Origin: Bacteroidia bacterium
Lineage (GTDB): Bacteria; Bacteroidota; Bacteroidia; NS11-12g; UBA9320
NCBI GenBank assembly: GCA_965216465.1
Contig: CBDCFW010000006.1
Coordinates: forward strand, 224,001 to 288,000
DNA: 64,000 nt
Reading direction: 5' to 3'
Shown: one piece after another, positions 56,365-64,000 of the stretch
Layout: each line of letters opens with the position of its first letter
Numbering within the stretch: the stretch's first letter is position 1
Notes under the pieces: generated by a model
What the model was told of the DNA's origin: nothing
What the model saw: only the letters and a program-made list of their open reading frames with translations
Database searches by the model: none
Made by a program: the position numbers and the translations under genes

Positions 56365-57605
56365 TGAAGAAGTTTAAAAACATAGAAGAATTTGAAGACC
56401 TGCTGAAAGATCAGCTTTCAGGGCATCAAGTTTCTGCTCCTGCAGATGCTTGGGCAGGAATTGCTTCATCTACCGGAGCCAGCACGGGTGTTGCGTCTCA
56501 GGTAATTAGCTATTTCTCTTCATTCTCGAATATTCTTAAAGTGGCCTTGTTTGCTGGAGGTATTTCAGCCGCTGGCATTGTACTTTATCTCGATAACGCA
56601 GAAACAACTTCTCCAGCTGTTGAAGATCAACCCAAGCAAGAACAAGTTGACAAGAACGACTTAGCCATTGAAGAAAATGCCGAAACGGTATTGACTGATG
56701 AGCCTACTTCAATCTCGTCATCTGATCGTATTGATGCTGAAAATTCAACTGGTAGCACTTCACCAAACTCGACTACTCCTAATACAGACTATGTTTCAAC
56801 TCCACAATCGCCTCTTAACAATGAGCAATCTGTCGTTGTTGAAGAAGGACAAATCGAAACACCTGAAGGTAGTGGCATAGTAAATCAAATTACGGTTTCT
56901 AATCCACGTCCTTGTAAAGGAGATGCTGTAAAATTTACCAGCACCTTGCGAAACTCTGGAGAATGGAGCATCGATGGTAAAATGACCAAATTGAATAGCT
57001 CTTCATTCACTCATGCATTTGATAAAGAAGGTTCATATGCAATTACATTCTCTGAAGGAACAACTGTGTTAACTTATAATCTCCTTGTAACCTCACTTGA
57101 TGCTCAAATAGTTGAAAGTAAAAAAGGAGATGATGCATACGGTTTCAGCCTGAATAACAAGGCAATTATTGCAAACTGGTATATCGATAATAAGCTGGTA
57201 TCTACCAATGCAAGATCAATAGAATTTAACCAGGCTGCTGTTGGTCGACATGACATCAAAGCAGTACCTGTAAACCATTCGTGTAATGCTGCAATCAACC
57301 ATCAACTTGAAGTAAATGCGATGGGCAGCATTCAATGGTTTGATATATTTACCCCCGATGGCGATGGTAAGAACGATGAGTATCGCATCATCATCAGCAA
57401 TTACGAAAATTTCTCAATTCAGATATTTAACAGCTCAAATGTGAAGGTTTTTGCATCGCAAGATCCAAATGTAAACTGGAACGGAAGAGAGTTTAATTCT
57501 GGCAGAGAATGTGCTGAGGGTGAGTACGTTGCAAAGGTTAGCTACCAATTAAAAGGAGAAAGCCCGCAACAGAAAAATGTAAGATTAATCCTAAGACGTG
57601 AATAG
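56364..57605 (+). CDS. Putative anti-sigma factor with TM helix, disordered linker, PKD-like domains and T9SS type B CTD
   Basis: TAATG coupling to the ECF gene. N-terminal FEDLLKDQL..HQVSAPADAW.GI; TM ILKVALFAGGISAAGIVLYL; S/T/E/P-rich linker; IFTPDGDGKNDEY...QIFN...VF.S......WNG...GEY CTD. Confidence 0.72.
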   Translation: MKKFKNIEEFEDLLKDQLSGHQVSAPADAWAGIASSTGASTGVASQVISYFSSFSNILKVALFAGGISAAGIVLYLDNAETTSPAVEDQPKQEQVDKNDLAIEENAETVLTDEPTSISSSDRIDAENSTGSTSPNSTTPNTDYVSTPQSPLNNEQSVVVEEGQIETPEGSGIVNQITVSNPRPCKGDAVKFTSTLRNSGEWSIDGKMTKLNSSSFTHAFDKEGSYAITFSEGTTVLTYNLLVTSLDAQIVESKKGDDAYGFSLNNKAIIANWYIDNKLVSTNARSIEFNQAAVGRHDIKAVPVNHSCNAAINHQLEVNAMGSIQWFDIFTPDGDGKNDEYRIIISNYENFSIQIFNSSNVKVFASQDPNVNWNGREFNSGRECAEGEYVAKVSYQLKGESPQQKNVRLILRRE

Positions 57606-57676
57606 ATTTGACAAATAGGATGAAGCAGATTAAATTTACAAACTTTTTAAAATTGAGTAAACACACCAATACCGAT

Positions 57677-60600
57677 ATGAAAAAATCACTTTTTAAAGGA
57701 CTACTTATGTTTGGTTCCTTGTTGCTATTAAGTGCAATGAGTTATCAGGCATCAGCCCAGTGTTCAGCCGTTGTGGTTGACAAATCTGGGAATGAAGTAA
57801 CATCGGCTACGTTTTGTGAAAACGAGCCCATTCAGTTTCTTGCAAAATCACCAGGTTATACCACTACTATTTTGTGGGAGTATGATGTTGTAGGTGGTGG
57901 AGATCAGAACGCAACTCAAAAAGACAATCAGTATGCCTACAGCACAGCTGGAACGTATACTGCAAGATTCTCAGGTACAGGACCTGCTGGTAATTGTTCG
58001 AACGACATCGAAATAATTATCGAGCCTAGTCCTGTGATCAACTTACTTCTTACCACTCCAGATGTGCAGTGTTTTGAAGGAAATGAGTTCTGTTTTGTAG
58101 ATAGTTGTATAGCAACAACTGGAAGTACCATTGATAGTGTGATCACCATTTTTAGTGATGGTCATAAGGAAGTTACCTTCGCTGAAGGAGATAGCTTCTG
58201 CTATTCTATCATCGACCCTTCGGGGGGATTCTTCGACGCTGTTGTTCAAGCTGAAGATGCGAATGGATGTATCACAAAAGAAACGCTTAAAGATTTCTTC
58301 TATGTAAATCCTAAATTAGGTGTTCAGTTCAATAACATCAGCCCAGGACCTAACCCAGGTTGTGATTCTACTTTAGGTAGATTCTTAAACACCTCGCTGA
58401 TTCCTTTTAGCGATGTAAAACGATTTTGTTGGGTTTGGGGAGATGGTACTGAAATCTGTGGAGACCAGACAACCAATTCAGATTGGTGGATGGGTCCAGA
58501 TGGCGACGGTATAGTTGAGCACATGTATAGGCTACATGGAACGTTTGACGGTAAATTGGTGGTTGAGTCGACTTACGATTGTATCGACTCGTTTGTGTGG
58601 ACTTCTGCAGTAACTAACTTTGTTATTGACCCTGTTATCCTTTCAGATAAAGATTCTAGTTGTACTCCTGATAACCCAGTAACCTTCTGGTTAAAAGATG
58701 GGTTCCCTTCAGGTACCAGTTCTTTCTTATGGAACTTTGGAGATCCTCCAAGTGGGCCAGCTAATATTGACTTTAGAAACACTGCACCTTCACACTCTTA
58801 TGGTTCTGGACAGTGGATGATTACATTGAATATTGTTGCTGGACCTTGTGATGTGACCGTTTATGATACTATTTTCAAAATCGGTCCTGGTTCTACAATT
58901 GAGGTTATGTTTGATCGTGTACCTCAATGGGAAACCTATCAGTGTTTAATTACGGATTCTGTTCACTTCCCGAACAACTCTTCTTTCTACCATAACGACC
59001 CAACCTCGGTTGATGAAGATTCGATCGTTTATTACGGTGATTATTCATTTGGTTTATGGTTTGATGGTAGTGTAGGAAAAGATTCAATTCAGTTTAGAGA
59101 ATGGGAAGAAGATAAGCTAGGAAACCATGTTCAATCAACTGAGAACTTCGCTGCAACGGATACGTTGTACAGATTAGGGTTCAAAGTGTATCTAGATACA
59201 GGAAAAGACTCTTTAGCAGTTGTTTCTTCAAGCGGAGACACAACCTACAGTGGAAGAGTTCCTGATGATATCCATTGGGTAAACCCAAGAAGACGCTATG
59301 TATTCAATTGGCAAGTCACAGATAAATCTGGAGCTGGTGCTGGTGACCAAACTGCTATTCCTCCTGCTGTAAGCTTAAGAGGTTACGATCCACATGTTTG
59401 GAGAGTTTGGGATATGGGTGACCGTTTTGCACCTCAGTGTACTACAGACAGTAGACCTTGGGTTAACAAAAATGTTGGAATCAACTGTAATTGGAGAATT
59501 GACAGTGTTCCTGTTCACTGGTATACCCCTTGGGATGAAGTTTATAGAGAGTTTAACGACGGAAGAAACTATACACGTCCGTTCGCTCAGACAAGATTAT
59601 TTAAACGTACTTCATCTAATCCAGACACATTCTGTTACCAGGTGAATGTTTACCCTGCAAACGAAATGATTGTTGCGGAGAAACGCATATATACTATTCC
59701 TGTTGACTCAACCTACTTCGAATATATTTACGATGACAATTCAAATATTGTCGATTCGATAGTAGCAAATCCAGGCGGAAAAGAACATTCATTCTACGCT
59801 AACGATATTAAATACATAATCCGTAGACCACCTTCATGCTTCGTGGGTACAATTGTTGAACACTTCCCTGATTCTGGATGGTACCGAGCAATTAATGTAG
59901 GAAACGATACGACATACCATAACGATTACAGACTTGGTTTAAATCCAGTGCCCTTAATCGGAAATGGTACTACTCAATGGACTGTTTCATACTACGATAT
60001 GGAATTCCAATTGCCAGCCGGTGTAAGTATGGATATTATGAAATTAAATGCTCCAGGCGGTGGTGGTGCAGGTGCCGGAACTACGCGAACAGTTACGGGA
60101 CCATCTACACTTACTGTTGAAGCGGATGAGCAATTCATCCTTTATGCAGGAGATACCTTGAAAACTAACTTCACTATTGAAATTGTTGATGCCGATACAA
60201 CTTACGCTCAGCCTTCGTTCTACTATGAAACTGATGTTATCTTCGGTATTCCTACTACAGTTCAGAAGTCTGCAGTATTTGTTGACTCAGCTGCTCACCG
60301 TGAAGATTACTTCTTAGAAAATGCAAACTGTTACACGGTTACTTTATGGCACCAAGATACAGTTCACCCATTAATGTGTGAGTCTGAAGGTACCAAATCA
60401 CTAGCCCTTACTCCTCCAAGTGCAAAAGGAATGGAGTGGAGCGATGGTACTCCTTGTCCATTAGACGGTGACAACTTAGAATATTACTTAGAGTTTGACT
60501 TTGGTGATGCAAAACCAGGTTGTACTCAGTCTTGGTTTGCAGTAAACTTTGACTCTATTGCAGATCCAACAAACTTTATAGCATCTAATTCTGGTGGTAT

Positions 60601-63600
60601 CTTCCCTCCTCCTGCTCCTCCATTGATTCCAATTCACGCTATGCCATACGACATGGTAGGTAACTGGCCAAATAGAATCATTAAAGGATATACAGCAGGG
60701 GAAATTGGAAACGATCCTACGCTTAGAAACCCAGTTGGTTCATTTACTATCGGATTAATCATGGGGAATGGTGAACCTTATTCTGAAATCATATATGACA
60801 TTGACCCAGTTACTGGAGATACTGCATTAAATCCAGATGGAAGCTATGTTGCTCTTGATACAATCGATTATCCTGCTCAATGTTTAGACACATTCTGGTA
60901 CAATGACCTATTTAGAATTCTTTACTTAAATGCAGACTTTACAATCTTAAGACCTGACCATATTCCAACTGCAACCAATGACCCTCATACGATGTGTGCT
61001 GGAGATACTGCTTGGTTCAGAATCAACGACCCAATTCAAGACAGTATTTCTGTACTGAGATGGGCTTGGGGTTACCAAGGTGCAGGTAGAGGACCTAACT
61101 TGGATATCTATATCGAACGATTCCATTACTACAAGAAATATGAAGGACCATCTCCTCAACGTAATGATAAAGATGTGGTCTGGAATGGAGAAGATTGGCT
61201 GTACAACTATGTTGTTAGAGAAAGCCTAACTGACTTCTTCGGACTTGTTGAGATAGATACCATTGTAACTTCGATTATTAAAGACTGGAGAGTAGTTGTA
61301 AATACAACGACTCTAGCCGCTAAACGTGAGGTTGAAGACCGATTTGAAACTGCAGGATTGATTTACGCTGAGATTCCACCAGAAGAAAGAATCTTCTACC
61401 TAGGTACACCAGGTTGTGTGGATACCACAGGATTAAGTCAGTTCTTTACTTTCGGAATTAAGCCATACTCTTCACGTGCAGAGGCACCAACGGTATACAT
61501 GAATGGTGACAGAAGATACAGAACAGATACTACTGTATTCCCAGCTCAAGAAATTGAAGTAGCACATATCCTTCACTTTAGAGATTCTTCTATCCAAGGT
61601 TTTGATACCGTGATGTTAGATACGAACTTCGATGGAACACTAGATGAAATCGCAGGTGTTTGGACTAAAGCTTACAAATACCCTGAGCTTTATGCTCCAG
61701 ATCCATGCTTCCCTAACGTGAAAGATACCATTTGGAGAAACTCAAACGGACCTATGGTTCCAACACTTTACTTGAACAACACTGTTGGTTGTGAGAAGAG
61801 AGGTGCAGGACTACTTAACGTAGGTTTCTTGAATGACTTCTGGGTTGATAACGAGAACATCTGTAAAGGATTGACTATACGATTGTCGGATTCAATACGT
61901 TACTGGCAATATGGAGAAATGGATCCTCCAACCTATCCAATCTGGCAAGTGGACTACTGGCATGATCCAGTAAGGTACTTGGCTAACAAAGAAATCTTTG
62001 AAGCTGACTGGGATTCTACCGATGGTGTTTGGGATGGTGAACGATCATTAACTCTTAACCACTTCTACCCTGAATCTGGCGAATACACAATTACTGTTGT
62101 GCCTACAGATAGTATGGGTTGTACGGATACTGTTTACTTAAAAGTTAACATTACTGATGTAATTCCTAACTTTACTTTAAGTAGTGGATTCTTGAACTGT
62201 GTAACTTTCGTTGACTTCCTTGATTCAACTATGCTCGATGATCCTTGTCACGATAGAGGTTGCGGTAACGATAACGACTCTTGTGACCAAATTGTCGCTT
62301 GGGAATGGGATTTCGGTGACGGAACTAGAAAGTCATTACTCCAAAACCCATCACATAACTATACACAAGGTGGTTGGTTTGATGTTAGACTTACCGTTTG
62401 GACTCAATTGGGTTGTGTTGATTCAATCACAAAACGAATCTTCATCCCTGGTCCTCAACCAGAATTTGAATTCGACCACGATATATGGAATCTCCAAGAT
62501 TCTGCAGTAATCTGTGTTGGTGATTCAATTTTACTCATTAATAGAAGTGGTGGTGAGAAAATTGCTCCTACTTACCAAATGATATGGGGTGATGGAAACA
62601 TTACCAGTTTCAGTACGGATACTTCGCACTTCGGACATATTTATGATTCTGTTGGAACATTTGAATTGTACTTGATTCAGTTCGACGAAATTCCAGGAAC
62701 CAATGAAAGATGTAGCAGAATATTCCCTGATACAAACCCAGACCTTGTAAATCAACGCAAGATTAAGGTTGTGGTTCTACCACGGGCCCCAGCAGACATG
62801 ACTATCTCAGATACCGTTGTTTGTCCAAACGAGCTTGTAACGTTCACCGCTAATGTTGATACTTTATATACTCGATACATTTGGGATTTCGGAGATCAAG
62901 ATACGATTACTAAGTTCAAACCAGACAGCGTTGTAACGCATGCATATGCTACAAGTGGAAGATACCAAGTGAAGCTAATCCCTGATTACACTCCACCTGA
63001 ATTTATTCCTACTTGTCCTGACACTGCTTACGGGTTCGTAAATGTTGTTGATGTAACGGCTGCGTTTGACATCGATTCTTCTAAACGACCAGAGTTCTGC
63101 TTCATCAATACCTCTGAAGGTGGTACTACCTTCGACTGGACGTTCGATGATGAGCCAGGATTTGAAGACGAGCAATTAGGTTTAGCTTTTGAAGACAGAC
63201 CATGTCATAACTACAGCAACAGAAAAGGTACTTACGAAGTATGTTTAATCGCTACAAGTGCAGAAGGATGTAAAGACACATTCTGTGACCTAGTAACTAA
63301 CTCATACATTAAAGTAATTATACCTTACAACGTGTTCACTCCAAATACTGCAGGTAAAGACGATAAAGCAGATAACCTGAATGCAGAGTTTATTGTTGAA
63401 GGAGAAGGATTCGAAGAATACAACATCAAGATCTTTAACAGATGGGGTGAGCGTGTATTCGAGTCTAACGACGTGAACATCTCATGGAATGGTAAAGTAA
63501 ATAACGATGGGGCTGAATGTCCTGGAGGAACTTACTTCTACATAATCAACTACAAATTCTTATTCGAAGAGGTTAATCAAGGCCTTGGACCAATAGAAGG

Positions 63601-63622
63601 TCAAGTTGAACTGATAAGATAA
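57677..63622 (+). CDS. Giant (~1980 aa) PKD-repeat T9SS type B CTD surface protein, adhesin-like
   Basis: Signal peptide from ATG 57677 (..QASA|QC); many W.FGD / H.Y...G.Y.V.L PKD motifs; CTD YNVFTPN...D..N.EF...IFNRWGERVFES.....WNG...GTYFY...GQVELIR. Confidence 0.88.
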   Translation: MKKSLFKGLLMFGSLLLLSAMSYQASAQCSAVVVDKSGNEVTSATFCENEPIQFLAKSPGYTTTILWEYDVVGGGDQNATQKDNQYAYSTAGTYTARFSGTGPAGNCSNDIEIIIEPSPVINLLLTTPDVQCFEGNEFCFVDSCIATTGSTIDSVITIFSDGHKEVTFAEGDSFCYSIIDPSGGFFDAVVQAEDANGCITKETLKDFFYVNPKLGVQFNNISPGPNPGCDSTLGRFLNTSLIPFSDVKRFCWVWGDGTEICGDQTTNSDWWMGPDGDGIVEHMYRLHGTFDGKLVVESTYDCIDSFVWTSAVTNFVIDPVILSDKDSSCTPDNPVTFWLKDGFPSGTSSFLWNFGDPPSGPANIDFRNTAPSHSYGSGQWMITLNIVAGPCDVTVYDTIFKIGPGSTIEVMFDRVPQWETYQCLITDSVHFPNNSSFYHNDPTSVDEDSIVYYGDYSFGLWFDGSVGKDSIQFREWEEDKLGNHVQSTENFAATDTLYRLGFKVYLDTGKDSLAVVSSSGDTTYSGRVPDDIHWVNPRRRYVFNWQVTDKSGAGAGDQTAIPPAVSLRGYDPHVWRVWDMGDRFAPQCTTDSRPWVNKNVGINCNWRIDSVPVHWYTPWDEVYREFNDGRNYTRPFAQTRLFKRTSSNPDTFCYQVNVYPANEMIVAEKRIYTIPVDSTYFEYIYDDNSNIVDSIVANPGGKEHSFYANDIKYIIRRPPSCFVGTIVEHFPDSGWYRAINVGNDTTYHNDYRLGLNPVPLIGNGTTQWTVSYYDMEFQLPAGVSMDIMKLNAPGGGGAGAGTTRTVTGPSTLTVEADEQFILYAGDTLKTNFTIEIVDADTTYAQPSFYYETDVIFGIPTTVQKSAVFVDSAAHREDYFLENANCYTVTLWHQDTVHPLMCESEGTKSLALTPPSAKGMEWSDGTPCPLDGDNLEYYLEFDFGDAKPGCTQSWFAVNFDSIADPTNFIASNSGGIFPPPAPPLIPIHAMPYDMVGNWPNRIIKGYTAGEIGNDPTLRNPVGSFTIGLIMGNGEPYSEIIYDIDPVTGDTALNPDGSYVALDTIDYPAQCLDTFWYNDLFRILYLNADFTILRPDHIPTATNDPHTMCAGDTAWFRINDPIQDSISVLRWAWGYQGAGRGPNLDIYIERFHYYKKYEGPSPQRNDKDVVWNGEDWLYNYVVRESLTDFFGLVEIDTIVTSIIKDWRVVVNTTTLAAKREVEDRFETAGLIYAEIPPEERIFYLGTPGCVDTTGLSQFFTFGIKPYSSRAEAPTVYMNGDRRYRTDTTVFPAQEIEVAHILHFRDSSIQGFDTVMLDTNFDGTLDEIAGVWTKAYKYPELYAPDPCFPNVKDTIWRNSNGPMVPTLYLNNTVGCEKRGAGLLNVGFLNDFWVDNENICKGLTIRLSDSIRYWQYGEMDPPTYPIWQVDYWHDPVRYLANKEIFEADWDSTDGVWDGERSLTLNHFYPESGEYTITVVPTDSMGCTDTVYLKVNITDVIPNFTLSSGFLNCVTFVDFLDSTMLDDPCHDRGCGNDNDSCDQIVAWEWDFGDGTRKSLLQNPSHNYTQGGWFDVRLTVWTQLGCVDSITKRIFIPGPQPEFEFDHDIWNLQDSAVICVGDSILLINRSGGEKIAPTYQMIWGDGNITSFSTDTSHFGHIYDSVGTFELYLIQFDEIPGTNERCSRIFPDTNPDLVNQRKIKVVVLPRAPADMTISDTVVCPNELVTFTANVDTLYTRYIWDFGDQDTITKFKPDSVVTHAYATSGRYQVKLIPDYTPPEFIPTCPDTAYGFVNVVDVTAAFDIDSSKRPEFCFINTSEGGTTFDWTFDDEPGFEDEQLGLAFEDRPCHNYSNRKGTYEVCLIATSAEGCKDTFCDLVTNSYIKVIIPYNVFTPNTAGKDDKADNLNAEFIVEGEGFEEYNIKIFNRWGERVFESNDVNISWNGKVNNDGAECPGGTYFYIINYKFLFEEVNQGLGPIEGQVELIR

Positions 63623-63638
63623 TAATTATCGAAAGCCT

Positions 63639-63671
63639 AAAAAAACCCTCGCAATGCGAGGGTTTTTTTTT
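63639..63671 (+). terminator. Intrinsic terminator
   Basis: aaaaaaaccctcgc-aat-gcgagggttttttttt. Confidence 0.9.
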
Positions 63672-63683
63672 GTCAATAAAGAA

Positions 63684-63691
63684 TACATTTG
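63684..63691 (+). promoter_or_regulatory. Sigma-A -7 box (TACATTTG) for the riboswitch-metH transcript
   Basis: Exact TAnnTTTG match 5 nt before the aptamer P1 strand. Confidence 0.7.
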
Positions 63692-63696
63692 TAGTG

Positions 63697-63793
63697 CTTA
63701 TTAAGAAAGATGGAGGGAATAGGCCCTAAGAAATCTTGGCAACCTGTTAAACAACAAGGTGCCACATCCTAGTCATTCAATGATACAGATAAG
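63697..63793 (+). ncRNA. SAM-I (S-box) riboswitch
   Basis: P1 CTTATT/GATAAG, AAGA, GGAGGGA..GGCCC.A.GAAA kink-turn P2, GGCAACC...GGTGCC P3, then TCC. Lies upstream of methionine synthase. Confidence 0.9.
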
Positions 63794-63819
63794 ACTCTTG
63801 CCTAAACTCCTACGATAAC

Positions 63820-64000
63820 ATGTCAACATCGATTAAAAATTATCTCAGATTAAGTGGGCTAGAACCGATGGTTCAAACCGATGAATCTAACTTTATCAAT
63901 ATTGGGGAGAGAACCAATGTTACGGGGTCCAAACGCTTTGCTCGACTCATTTTAAATGATCAATACGATGAAGCTCTCGCTGTTGCGCGACAACAGGTTG
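63820..64000 (+). CDS. metH: B12-dependent methionine synthase beginning at the pterin-binding domain (3'-truncated by window edge)
   Basis: [16 protein letters not shown]...[21 protein letters not shown]...[12 protein letters not shown]. Confidence 0.9.
   Translation, partial: MSTSIKNYLRLSGLEPMVQTDESNFINIGERTNVTGSKRFARLILNDQYDEALAVARQQV

Overview
Gene-dense, AT-rich chromosomal window from a Bacteroidota bacterium. The assignment rests on TAnnTTTG -7 promoter boxes, a lack of obvious Shine-Dalgarno sites, type IX secretion (T9SS) cargo and a PorV-family gene. Housekeeping genes: pdhB (5'-truncated), trhO, msrB-msrA fusion, sucA, mfd, kynU, mpl, SNF2 helicase, yebC, acyl-CoA carboxylase beta, pyrC, and the start of a split metH behind a SAM-I riboswitch. 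Accessory content: six proteins with T9SS C-terminal domains (CTDs), a troABCD-type metal ABC operon whose first permease is fused to a DtxR-like repressor, a TonB-dependent receptor/HmuY-like pair, and a cytochrome c lipoprotein/OB-fold/YceI/DUF5777 module. The best candidate for an undescribed system is an ECF sigma factor coupled to a membrane-anchored anti-sigma-like protein that ends in a T9SS type B CTD, directly upstream of a ~2000 aa PKD-repeat T9SS substrate. Also seen: an unannotated 48-codon hydrophobic ORF, an orphan terminator, and two copies of an AGTACA-N5-TGTACT-like palindrome flanking the kynU operon. No rRNA, tRNA, CRISPR array, transposase or prophage gene was recognised. 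All family calls are by motif recognition without database searches.
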